From assembly GCA_013239625.1 (NCBI GenBank), contig MU053487.1, positions 1,259,058-1,323,057 on the forward strand: a DNA stretch of 64,000 nucleotides, written 5' to 3'. Origin of the DNA: Lama guanicoe (taxonomy: Eukaryota). Shown in pieces: positions 51,100-63,560 of this stretch (the stretch's first letter is position 1; every line of letters begins with the position of its first letter). The notes under the pieces were generated by a model that made no database searches, was not told where the DNA came from, and worked only from the letters and a program-made list of their open reading frames with translations. The translations under genes were made by a program, and so were the position numbers.

Positions 51100-52660
51100 A
51101 TCCCCAACAGAAATCTTTTAGTTGGTTATGAATATGGATTTGTATTTTGTATCCACGTTACAAATAAGTCCCTACATCTGTCACATGTCAAATTCTTACG
51201 GTAATTTCTACAATTCGTATGATATATGTGAAATCAGTTCTGTCACCATTTTACTTTTTGACTTTTAGATTTTGCATCTTGAAATACTTTCCTATCATCA
51301 ACTTACACAGACATGTGTATTATCCCATAAAATATTTTAATACTACCGTACATACTCATATGATATTATTTTCTGGGTACCAGCCCTTTAAACTCTCTCT
51401 CTCTTTTTCCCTCTGCCCCTTTCTCTGTCCCTATCACTCTATCATTTTTACTTCCATAAAGGAGTACTCTAACTTTGTGTCAGTAATACTTACTGACTAC
51501 CCAATATTTTAATAATTTGAAATTCTGCCTACATAATAGGTTAAATTCCTATAAATTAATAGGTCTAATTCTGAACTCTATTCTGTTCTATGAGTCTGTT
51601 TTTTCACTAATACTGTACTGGTTTTATTACTGTAGCATTTCAGTATGTTTAAAATCTGAAAGGATTACTCCATCTGTCATAATTTTATCAAAATAAAGGT
51701 GTTACTTATCACATTATCCCCTAGAAAATATAGTCCAGCTTGTTGCTAAGTGCCTAACATTTAACTTCCCTTCTATGTAGCTCTTTGCTTATGTCCTTCA
51801 CTGAAGTGTTCTAGTTTTTATGACAGACTCTTCACAATTATAGTTAAGTCATTCCTGTTTTGGTCAAGTTTTTAGTTTTACTGTGAATTACTCATTCTTC
51901 TGTTTGCATTTTCTAATATAGCTGGTGTCCTGGAAGGCTTTTGATTTGTTATTTCAGTCTTTTTGTTTTTACCTACCTCCTTAAACTTTTCGTTTTTCTA
52001 TGTAGAAAATAAGAGTAGTTGAAATAGCGATACTGTTTCTTCCACTCCAATATCCATATACTATTTATTTATCTCGTCATTTTTCTCTTTAGTATACAGT
52101 CCATTGTAATGTAAAAAAGTCACGATAGGAGTCTTTTCCTATCTTCCTCCTTGTCTGATTTTGGTCAGAATGTATAAAACATTTTATCATTAAAGTTTTA
52201 TTTCGTTAGATTTCTGGTGGAAAATCTTCATGATATTAAGTAAGATATATGATTTCCTTCTATTTTTAGCTAATATAATAAATTTGGGATACAAATGTTG
52301 AATGTTTTACTGCTTTGGGAATCTGACTAAGATCATTGCATCTTTTAATCTCTTTGAATCTCTTAAAAAATTAGAATAGCTTAACACTTGCTGAAATTAA
52401 ACTACCTCTTCCTTCCTAGAATAAAGCCAGCTTGGTGTAGTAATCTTTTAATACACTTATAGAGTTGTTGATTAGAGGTCTATTTAAATGTTTAATTCTG
52501 TTGATATCAGTATCATCTGAGTTTTGGTGCTGCCACTGTAATAATTTGGCATCAGGTTATGATAGACATACAAAATAAAATAGATGAGGTTTTTCTTCAT
52601 CATATACTGTGAATTGTTACACTTTAAAGAAGTTGAGATATGTTCAGGCATGTATTTGCA
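51100..52660 (-). mobile_element. Highly degraded L1 (L1ME/L1M5-like)
   Basis: GGTCTAATTCTGAACTCTATTCTGTTC, TTATTACTGTAGC and AAGCCAGCTTGGTGTAG resemble reverse ORF2 remnants. Confidence 0.55.
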
Positions 52661-52729
52661 AAGCAATGCCTAATTTGTGTATACTCTGTGGCACTCATCA
52701 GGCTGAAATTTGCTTTGGACTAATTTTAT

Positions 52730-53420
52730 TGGGGGGAGTGTACAGCAACTCTGTACTTTCTACACAATAATTCTGTAAACCCAAACTGCTCTAAAAATAT
52801 ATAAATTCAAATTTTAAAATATGTATACTTAGAATATATGAAAATAACTAATAAGCTGGATAGACATATAGACATTATAGACAAATTCAATAGGTGAATG
52901 TTAGATTGGTAATAGTACTTGAAAAAAGATGAAATTAATACCTGTAACAGAAAAATTCTAACAAATTAGTGTTAAAATGATTAAAAGTAATAATAAAATG
53001 AAGAGAAGACATGAATACTAAATTTTGAAAATACTCCCAATGGTCTACATTTACAAAAATTTTCAATTTCAAGGAAATGAAAATTAAAGCAATAATGACT
53101 TATCACTCTGACTCACAAAAAATTAACAGTGATAGCATTTACTATTGAAAGTGATTGAGAAAATGAGTTGTCTTATGTTCTGTTGGGGAAAACCAATTGA
53201 TATAGACATGTGAGAAAGCTATCTGGCAAGATCTATTAAAATTAAGAATGTATCTGTCTTTAAAACTAGGAATCTCATCTGTGAAAATCTCTCTCTCAAA
53301 AATAAAAGTGTACAGAATAATAATGTATAGGGAATATGTTTATTACATGTAGAGGAATTAAAAACTACGTATATAGTATGGTTTTCTGTTTCTAGGGAAA
53401 TGGTGAAATAAATTGTGGTA
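52730..53420 (+). mobile_element. Old L1 3' fragments (L1MC/ME-like)
   Basis: AACTCTGTACTTTCTACACAATAATTCTGTAAACCCAAACTGCTCTAAAAAT; GGAAATGAAAATTAAAGCAATAATGAC; GGTGAAATAAATTGTGGTAT. Confidence 0.6.
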
Positions 53421-53424
53421 TCCT

Positions 53425-53752
53425 GGTAACCACTAATCTTTAAATCATCTTATAGTTTTGCCTTTTCCAACTGTATAGTTGGACTCATACAGTGTGTAGA
53501 CTTTTCAGGCTAACTTTTTTACCCTCTGGTTCATTTACTTATTCAAACCTAGTCATTCACCTGGGAATATGCATTTGTATTTCCTCCATGTCTTTTCATG
53601 GCTTGGAACCTTATTTCTTACTATTGCCAAATATTCCATTATATTGATGTATCCATTTGTTTATTGATTCAGCTATGGAAGACATCTTTGTTGCTCCCAA
53701 TTTTTGGCAATTATGAAGAAAGCGTCTCTAAAAATTCATGTGCAGGTTTTTG
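53425..53752 (-). mobile_element. L1MC-like 3' UTR
   Basis: TTCCTCCATGTCTTTTCATGGCTTG...TTTTTGGCAATTATGAAGAAAGC...CATGTGCAGGTTTTTG. Confidence 0.8.
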
Positions 53753-54029
53753 AACCAAAGTGTGAAATACTCCTGAAGAGAGACGTTTGGAAACGTTCAC
53801 CACATAAATGTCTCCCTGCCTTCTCTTTATGTTGCTTCAGTGTAGCCAGTAAGATCCTTCAGAATTGTAAATAGGTCATGTCATTCTCATGAACGAAACC
53901 ATTCCACCATACTTACAATACAGTGTAATGTAACTAATACGCCTTCGAGTCTCTACTTAATCTGAATCCCAACCCATTCTCTCCCACTGCCTGCCACTGA
54001 GGCAGAGCCAGTATCTGCAGCACATACTA

Positions 54030-54418
54030 CCAGGTAAAAGTCTAAGTACATAGAGGATCCCTACAAGTCAATAACAAAATGACGATCAATCCAGTAGAAA
54101 ACATCATTAGGAGATTTTAATAGACTCCTTAAAAAAATTAAAAAGATTATTCAAATGGACAATAAACAGAAAAAAGTACTCGATTCTATTTTTCAAAGAA
54201 GAAATTTAAATAAAAACAAGAAGATAATTAACACATGTCTGACAGAAAGGTTAAAATAACAAACACTGATAACACCAAAAATGAGGAAGTAGAACATCCA
54301 AAACCCTATGTACCACTAGCAGAATTTAAAACTATGTACAACTACTTTATTAAGTATTTAACGGTACCTGTTACATTTGGACACAACCGCACCTTATGAA
54401 TCAATGTTTCCACATCAT

Positions 54419-54461
<43 letters not shown>

Positions 54462-54920
54462 ATGCATCAAAATATCTGTGAAAGAATATTGATAGCGTTG
54501 AGGCAGCCCAAGGTGGATACATACACAGTAGTATAGTCATTCTGTGGAGTGCTATACAGCAGTAAGAGTGAATGAGCTAGTTAGATACAGTAACATGGAT
54601 GGGCATCTTCAACCCAAAGTCAAGCAAATGAATCTACAAACACAAGAACACATATAGTCTATTTCCATTGTTTTAAAGTTCAAGAACAGGCAAAACTAAT
54701 TTGTGGGACAGTGATGAAAATATGAGAAAATAGGTAGGAACTAGAGGGGCATGAAGGAGGCTTCTGGGATACCAGCCATGTTCTGTGTTCTCATTTAGGT
54801 AATAATTTACCAGTGTGTTCATTTTGTGATAGTGTACCAAAATTTACAATTATGATTTCATGCACTTTTTTGTATATAGATACGTAGATGGATAGTAAGC
54901 TGTTAAAAAAACAAAACAAT
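54030..54920 (+). mobile_element. L1ME-like 3' end
   Basis: TAAAGTTCAAGAACAGGCAAAACTAAT...GGGGCATGAAGGAGGCTTCTGGGATAC...A-rich tail. Confidence 0.75.
54425..54456. repeat. (TG)16 microsatellite
   Basis: Read directly from the sequence. Confidence 0.97.
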
Positions 54921-54980
54921 AAATGAAAGGAAAATCAATTCAGTCCAACCAAATGTCATACAGAATTCTAGAGACAATTA

Positions 54981-55086
54981 AGTTTGTTTGTTTGTTTGTT
55001 TATTTTAGAGGAGGTACTGGGGATGGAACCCAGGGACTCATGCATGCTAAGCATGTGCTCTACCACTTGAGCTATACCCTCCTCCC
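54981..55086 (-). mobile_element. Vic-1-like SINE with (CAAA)n tail and TSD
   Basis: GGTACTGGGGATGGAACCCAGGGACTCATGCATGCTAAGCATGTGCTCTACCACTTGAGCTATACCCTCC; TSD TTCTAGAGACAATTA (54966-54980) / TTCTAGGGACAATAA (55087-55101). Confidence 0.9.
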
Positions 55087-56366
55087 TTCTAGGGACAATA
55101 ATATCAAATGTATGACTCCCTAAATAACTTGAGCATGTGTGTGCCTCTTTCCTTTTCCTTTGCAATACTTGCTCATTTCTATAAGAGTTATGTATTATTT
55201 TTGTAATTTTTTAAAACGCTACTACCCACAGACATTTTTTAACACAACTGCTTCTTTTGAGTACTAAAAGAGGAATCACTAGTGAATACTCACCTTCTAA
55301 AGCTTTCGTGAAATCTGTTGGAGGGATGTCATCCAAAAATTAAAGTATTTGTAGGAAAAAAATATTTGTATTTCTTTCTCAGCCTATGGTCTTAGTTATT
55401 TAATTTCTGTGGTTCCTTGTCTTTATTATTGCTGACTATAATATTTTTTCATGCAACCATTGAAAGGATTAAGAAAGGAAGCATTCTGAAGCACCTGAAG
55501 TGTAATGCTCACTAGAATGTAAATACCTTTCATGCTTGCCCATCTCTTCCCATGACAGGAAAGGAAGCTGCTAGCTCTTTAAAAAACCACATAGTCAGAT
55601 CATTGGACTCTATTTTAATTTTAATCAAAGTTCAATATCTACAGTTTGATTTATTTCACACAACCATATACCTCTGCACAAGAGGCCTGAGGTCAGGACG
55701 GAAGGAAAGTGGGCTCAGAGAGCATCTATTATCACAAGGAACTCAAGATACAAGTAGGCTGAAAATAACCATTCTCCACAACCATCCAAAGCCAACACAC
55801 CAGAATCAATATGCCATTTCAAGTTTCCTATAAAAGGAAAATTGTTAAATGGAGTCCAGGAATTGCAAATTTATGACAACATCAATGACAACAGTTGGTC
55901 ACTAAATCTTAAAGAGCAAATGGTTAGCTGGAGATTTATTTCAAAGAGACACATTTTGGACTCCACAATGTATTTAAAGCCACTGGAAATCTCTCTTGTA
56001 TTGAGTTTGTTTTGCAGAAGGCCTTAATTTCTATCTCTCTTAGGCTTTAGGGATCAGATCTTATTTCAAAATCCAAGTCAGCAACTTAGTAAATGGCAAG
56101 ATGTCAGCACTTTCCAATACACCCGAAGACTAAAGCAAGTGGGGGAAACTCTCTCAAGGTTTCACTTTTCAGTTTGCCTTAGATAATCCTTGAAAAGTTC
56201 AGATGCTTACTGGAGACTTATTTGAAGGACCTCCAGGGACTCCCAAGATTTCTCTGGAAACTGTTCTCTGCAACATGTTTAATATTTTCCTCTTTCTCAA
56301 CGCAAATAACACCGAAACCTTTTTTTTTTTCTTCTCAAGCGAGTTCTATTGCACTTTTCTTTGCAG

Positions 56367-56381
56367 ATAGGTTCTGGAGAG
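56367..56381 (+). other. Candidate 15-nt microexon ATAGGTTCTGGAGAG
   Basis: TTGCACTTTTCTTTGCAG acceptor and GAG|GTGAGA donor; frame-preserving length; no host gene identified. Confidence 0.2.
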
Positions 56382-56940
56382 GTGAGAAAACATTCTAACA
56401 GAGTGAAACTGGAGACAGTGTGTGAATTTTTAAATGATTTGATTAATGTTTTGTAAAACAAGCTATGGGTTAGAAAGAAAATGTTTACCGATGCATTCTA
56501 ACAACTACATTCTTATTTATAACTTTGGAGACTTTTTCTAGAGATACAGCACCAAGCACACATGAAAACTGGAAGCAAGCAATATTCTGTATTATACTGC
56601 AAGAGCATTTTATACTTGGACTTTTTAGTCTACTCTCTGTTGTCTGTTTTCATGTATGAGCACATTTTTGAGGAGGGCATTATGACCCAATGAAAAGACA
56701 ATAGGATGCAAAAGATCACAAATTTTGATTCTCAATGTGTAGTTTCTCCTGGAATAGATACCACCAGACTGTTTTGACCTTTCTCATTCCCATCACCTCC
56801 GTAGGCTAGAACAAATGTATTCAGATCTAGAAATATTGGATGTTTTCATTTTATCATATCAATATCCTTATAGCCACTGTATCATATCAATATCCCTGTA
56901 TGCACTAAGATTAACATAGAGTTACCTTCTGGTCTAGACC

Positions 56941-57395
56941 TGTGTAAATTTGCTGCTTAACCAAACACCACAAAACTGGTGGTTTAAAGCAACTGTTTTA
57001 TTTAGCTCACAAGCTTGTCGGTTGGTGGTTTATTCCTCTGGTCCAAGCCATGTGGTTGATCTCTGCTGGCCTGTCACATGTGTTTGTGGTCATCTGGGGG
57101 GTGGGCTCATGACAGGATGATCTGGGGTGGCTTTCCTCACATGTCTGGTGATTGAGAGGCTACAGTCACAGTGGCTTGGTTCCCCTCCCAGTGGTCTTCT
57201 GTCTCATAGAAGTTTAGCCAAAGCTCCTTTATGTGTTCAGAGAACATCAAGAGAAAAAATTCCAAAATGAACACTTTTTAAGTCTCTGAAAGCCACATGG
57301 TCAAGCCCTGGGTCCATGTGTGAGGACATAACAGAAGGGGGTGGTCACAGGGAGGTGTGAATGAACGGGGGACATACTGCAATATCAACCATCCA
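56941..57395 (-). mobile_element. MaLR solo LTR (MLT1F/G-like)
   Basis: TTGCTGCTTAACCAAACACCACAAAACTGGTGGTTTAAAGCAAC...TTTAGCTCACAA...CTCACATGTCTGG. Confidence 0.8.
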
Positions 57396-57709
57396 CATAC
57401 CTCCCTTGCTTCTTTTCATAGATAATAAGCCAAAATTCCACACCATTTGGAAGACATGGTCACACGATACTTTTGCCTGACTACCTCTTTTTACCTCTGT
57501 CCTGGTCTAAGTTGCTCAAACCCTGTATAACTTTAAAAAACACTTTGCATTTCTTTTATAGCAATTGTTTATGTGTTTGTCTTCCTTATAAGATTCTGAG
57601 TTCTTTGAGGAAAAGGATCTTAATTTAACACATAAGCATAGCATCAAGTAAATGATTGCATGAATAAGCAAATAATTAGTTGATAATCAGTTTTCTCAAA
57701 GGGATTTCT

Positions 57710-58385
57710 GTGTGGTGAAAGGACAAACACATTACCACTCAACTTGTAGAGCTCCTGGGTAGTAAAGAATGAAACTTACCCCCACCCCTGCCAAAAAATT
57801 TTTCTGGCCTTTCCCTCAGCATCTGGAAAGTAACTTTTAGATGTGTGGAATGTCCTGCCTGATAAAAATGTCTTTCTTTCCTGGGGGTCCTCGGGCCACA
57901 CTGGATAGTCAACAATTGATGATGGGGTCTGTAGTCCATGAAGTATTTGCTGAACCTCTGGAAGAATTGGAGACTCAGCCATGTGGAATTTCAACCACGT
58001 TTGCATCATCAAGCCCCAATAAAAATTCTGAACACCACGTCTCCAGTGAGATTCCCTGGTCAGCAGTACTCCATGGATGCTGTTCCACATCTTTGCTAAG
58101 AGGAGTTGGTACCATCCACAACCTCACAGAGAAAGGAGAATGGGAAAACCCATTGGGAATTTTCCTGCGCTCTGTCCTTGACACTTCTCCTCTTGGCTGA
58201 TTTTATCTGTATCATTTCAATGAAACAAAGCATAACTGTTAGTATAACAGCTTTTGGTGAGTTCCTTAAGTCTTTAACACATCGTCCAATCTGAGGGTGA
58301 TCTTGGGGACCTCTGATCTCTCTCTGTAGTGGGGGTCAGAAGTCAGGGTGTTTTTTTTTTTAAGTCTACCCTAAATTTGCAGCTA
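57710..58385 (+). mobile_element. MER21-like LTR
   Basis: GGAATGTCCTGCCTGATAAAAATGTCTT, CCCCAATAAAAATTCTGAACACC, GTATAACAGCTTTTGGTGAGTTC, CTGAGGGTGATCTTGGGGACC, GTCAGAAGTCAGGGTG. Confidence 0.8.
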
Positions 58386-61300
58386 CAAATCTTCAGCTGA
58401 AGATTTTCCCATCAAATATAGTCAACATTTCTTAAACTCTGTTCTAAACATGTAGTCTCCTGTAATCTGCTTATAGATGTACTATGAAAATAAGGATCTA
58501 TGTCCAAAATTGGGCCCTAAAGGCATAGCAAAAAGATGAAGTCTGCTCTCACAGAGATTACATTGTAGCGAGGTTGACATAAACTAAAGAATATCAGAGA
58601 GGGTTACGAATGCTATAAACTTAATAAAGAAGGATATTATGAAAAGATCAATTGCTCCAGGTTCTGATAGGATATAGTTTGGGGTTAAGTAAAATTTATT
58701 CATTTTTAAATGAGGGACTTACCAGAGCATCTTTAACCCTCAGTGAAAAGTGCATCTCTAAAAGAGTGATGTAATGTGGGATTGTTCTCCATTTGTATTC
58801 CATCTTAGGATCTTTTTTCTTTGATGCCATTACACCTTTATAGCAAATCTCCTAGGAAAAGAAACACAATTTGGAAAACACTGTGTTAGAGCTAAGAGAT
58901 AAAGAAGTTAAATGCTTTTTAATTAAGTCATAACTTACTTTAAAAATAAATGTAGTTTTCGAGAATATTCAGCAGCTACAACCAGGTTAAGTGTTTATCT
59001 ATTTAAAGACCAACTTCAGTGAACAGGTTAGAGTTTTGCTCTTTAAAGAAAGTCTCCAAGAGAGTTGTCCTCTCTGTAAGTCATAAATACAGTTATTCTT
59101 GGCCCAAGTGGTCATTTTAAAATATGCAAAATCATCATACTCAAATCAGAAAGAATTGTATTTACTATACATATTTTAAAATAAGTTATTTAGCAAATCC
59201 CTCAAAAAAATAGAAGGAAGTGTTTGGTCCTGGACTCATGCAAATTATAATTTTTAATTTAGTAAAGTATGGTTTTGAAACCCTTTATTGTGTGAATATT
59301 TAATACTTGTTACATTTTGTAGCAAGGTCCAGGTCAGCTTAATGCTCTCCTTTTGGGATACCTGTGATACTCAGGCTCTTCCCTTTTATATGAAAAAATC
59401 CAACAACAACAGACATTAGAACTCTTCATTCTGGAAACACAAAAATATTAGAATTTATGATTTTATTTATTGTTTTTGTATTTAATACATATCGACCCTT
59501 TGTCCCAGAATTATCCAGAGAAAACTAGTGAAATAAAACTCAGACCAAGGGCCTAGTTTTTAATAAAAAAATAAGTTACTGCCTGTGCTTGACACTTACG
59601 AGATGGAGCCATGGTTTAAATGGTTTCTTGAGTCTGTTCCACCAATGTGTCCATCTTTGTAGGAATGTGTATATTTCCCAAAAGTCCAATGATCCCTTGC
59701 AAATGAGACCAAGAGAAATTTAATGCAGCAAAGAAACTGACTTTGCAAATCTTCCAAACACAGTTTTAATCTTCTCTATTTCCATTTGCTTGCACCAAGG
59801 TTAGATAATAAAATGTTCTTTTAAAAGTTATACACATTCACACAATCAAAAGTACTCACATATCATCCTGACACTTCCAGCTTGGCCCACTCTGCCAACC
59901 AAAGACTATATAAGTCCCAGATTCCCTGTGTCCAGTCTGTTGACAAAAGGTTTCTGATATGCCCAAGAAGTTTGGGGTGCATCAAGTACTTTAGAGATTC
60001 ATATGTAATTTGTAACTTTCTCAGGATCACTGACAATATTTATGTCTTTGAAATGGAATAAGAGTCAGTGTCTCATAGCTCTTAAAAGAAGCTGAAGAAT
60101 TTTCAACAAATAACCGTTAACTTGGCAGGATCTAGATTTTCATTACTTAAGAAGATAGTTTATTGTAGCTGTCCTAGAATTCCTTTCATTTTCTACTATG
60201 AAATGTGTAAAATATGCAATTGAGCATGTTTGGGGGAAATCAAGTCGTATAACATTTATAAATGCCAGGCATGTTGCAAAGACTGAGTTGATATAGTTTA
60301 AATGACTAGATAAGTCAATCAGTTTATCCATCAGTCACCAAGACCTAAGTCCCATGCTTTTTTAAATATAACTGGCTTGAAATATGACAGAATGTTTGGT
60401 TTTTAGGTCATTCATATTATGAAACAAGGATTGACAACTTTGGGTTCACAAAGCAGGGGGTATATGAGATCTTGTGGAATATGGAACCTGTCAGATTGGC
60501 CTGTAAGTGAGGAACTTAAGGTCTAAACAAAGAGTCCTCGCTTATATGGACCTGCCTACAACATGCCACACAAACCATGGAATTTTTCTTTCGTTAGTAA
60601 ATGGATTTGACTCCCTATCCTACCTCCCACCAAGGAGAAAAACATCTCTAGAGAGGCCAGAGTACTCTACTTCTAAGGTTATCTGAGGATACCAACTTAG
60701 TGGCAAATCAGTGTTCATCCCAATCACCTCCTTTTCCAGCTCCGTAACTTCCCCCTACCATACACTGCCTTCCCTGTTAACTGTGCTGAATTGTAATTTC
60801 CTCACGTGTAAAATGGGTTAAGAACATCTATCATATAGTATCATTATGAAGGTCAGATGAGACAGTAAACATGAAACTAAAGAATAATAAAATGCTACAC
60901 AGTGTAATTGTTACTCTCTGGGCATTGTTTCTCTGTGATTGCTGGTGTGTCTTCAAATCATGGGCACTCCTTGCTGCCTCAAATAGGGAAGGCTCATTAT
61001 TGAAACCAGCGAGGTCCAGTACATGCCCTATTTCCTCTATCATACCCCTGTATGCCTGCTCTGGACAGAGGAACATGATTTTTCAGCAGCTATAATACTG
61101 AAAATGGCCTTTGTCAATATTCAGGAATCTTACCTTTTTGAGTCCCAAATCTCCATGAAAGACACCTTAGTCAAGACATCACCGTGTCCTAGGCTTCAAT
61201 GCTAGCATGCATTGTTGTGGGTAATTAAATTACTTCTGTCTCTCAATATGAAAGCTAGGGAGCTTTACCAAACGGATGTTGTCAAAAGATCATGGGCTTC

Positions 61301-62934
61301 GTAGATGACAAGGAAAACCCATATGTTTGGTTTGTTTTGTATCCACTTTGAGATAGGTGCTTATAAAACAGCCTTACAAAGGGTACACATGGAACACAAG
61401 GCACCTTTAATCCCAGTGTCCTTCGGAGAATATATCTATGAAGTGAGGATGTTCAGTTGTCACATGTGACTTTGAAATGTCCCAAATCTTCACCCATTGC
61501 GCAGTCCCCTCTGATCACAAAGACCTGATGATGGCTGGCAATTTAGGGTCTTCAGTTTGCTAGAAACGAGTACAGATTTTGATGAATGGAATTAGCACAG
61601 CAATATTCCATATGCCTCCAAGTTAGCCAGAACTTGTCTTTTTTTTTTTAATGACAGTGAATATAAATTAGAAGTGTCAGACCCACTAAAGTTCATGTTC
61701 TTGTGAAAGTTCACTACGAAAAAAAAAAAAGATATGCCCACTCAGGATCCTTTGGCAAAAGGCCTGAGCATCAACATTTTTCTTCACTTGTATGAAGGTA
61801 TTTTTGAAAATCTGTGAACAACTTCAATATTGAGGTCTTTTCTGAGGCTCACACTTTCATACTGTCAACAGTTTCATCTTTCCTCCATTCAGCAGAATTT
61901 TTTTTCTCTTTGTGAATTTTCTTTTGAAATTGCTGAGCTATTATCAAGGTACAGTAAACAGAACCCTTCTATGAAGAATGCCTGTTTCAAGTAGGCCCCC
62001 AGGCCTTCAGACAGGACAATGGCACAAAATCCGTTAATTATCATTTCTCAGACTGAATGGGGTGAACTTTGACAAAGCACACTTGTAGAAAAGCTATCTT
62101 CACTAAGCACTTCTCTCCACGGGTAGGGTGTTTGACCCCAGGGAACGATACGAACACTCAAGGTATTTTTTCCTTTTTTGCTTATATTTAGAGAGTAATT
62201 TTTAAATAGATTACAGAAAGATGTAATACGCTAGAGTGGCTTGCTTTCCTAGCTGAGCTCTTAAAAGCACTCCAGATTGCTAACAATTATAATTATACCT
62301 TCATTCCTGGATACTGGAAATAATAGCACTGTTACTACAATGATTGATACCTGCACAAAAATGTAGGAGGTTAAACTGGGACTTTTGAGTGGACACTAAT
62401 GATGGTTGTGTTGAAACTGACTTAGGCAATATGGAACCTGTGTATAGTAAGAACATGTTGTTTCAATGCAGAATAGTTTAAGAATCAAGTGCAAACAGGA
62501 CTGACCACTCATGAATCATTGTTTAATGATGTAGTTAATAGTAAAATAAACTAAAACTTTAGGGAAAGTGTCAAAGAATTCAAACATTAATGGTGCTTTT
62601 TGTTACTTGACCATCTGAGACAGATGTTTCAATTCCTCTTCACATAATTTCTGTGTACTTAAGACTTCTGTGTTAAAAGAAAAAAAATCAATATTTTGGT
62701 TTCCTTAATTCAAAATCTGTACTTGTCTTGGCATATAAATAATTTAAAACTTACAAAAATAAGCTTTCTATGAGCCGGCTCCTTTGACCATGAACTAGAC
62801 TTGAAAGTGGTTGTAGTGGGTGTCTACTGTTTGATATTCAACCCCTCCCATCCTCCATGGCCCACCCTCCCACACACACATTCATACGCAGACTCACACA
62901 CATGCATGCTTTTCTTTTGAATTTACTTGTGTCT

Positions 62935-63355
62935 CTCCCACAGTCATCACACCTGTCTTACTGACCACAGGTGATTGGTACAGAGGTGAATACAAGCCAA
63001 CGTCAGAAATCATCCCTGGCATTTTTATTTCCTAGATTTAAACTAGAGCTAGAGATGCAATTCTCTCTAGCAATAAAGCCTGAAGCATGAGACTAATAAC
63101 TCAATTTTTTTTTCACTTTCATTATCATTTGTAAGAAAGAATTCCAACATATTTAAATGGTCCTGCAGAGAAAAGCAAAAATGAGAGACAGAATGAGACT
63201 CCTCTGAGCATTTAGTCCAGAAGCTCAGCTTGTTTCCTGACTGCCTGTGGTTATAAAAGACATCACAGTATCTTCACAACTGTTGCCAGTATTTGCTTAT
63301 CTCAGCTGAAGTTGGCTTTCTGTATTTTCCAAACCAAAGAGTCCTGGCTAATCCA
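62935..63355 (+). mobile_element. Old MaLR LTR (MLT1J/K-like)
   Basis: GACCACAGGTGATTGG...GTTGGCTTTCTGTATTTTCCAAACCAAAGAGTCCTGGCTAAT end motif. Confidence 0.6.
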
Positions 63356-63369
63356 GTAAGAAAAAAAAT

Positions 63370-63560
63370 GCTTAGGTCTGAATGGAAGGAAAATCAGTTT
63401 TGGTTTCTGATGGATCTGAATTTAAATACCAGGTCTAAACTTTGACTGGTCATGTGTTTTAATGTAAGTTACTTGTCCCTCTAAACCTCAGATTTATCTT
63501 TGATTAAATAAGAAGTAGGTATAACAGTTCCTAGTTTACTGTTAAGACTAATATGTCACA
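63370..63560 (+). mobile_element. MIR SINE
   Basis: GTAAGTTACTTGTCCCTCTAAACCTCAGATTTATC. Confidence 0.55.

Noticed and set aside
57739..58294. Cluster of overlapping ORFs up to 119 aa
   Set aside because: All lie inside a MER21-like LTR
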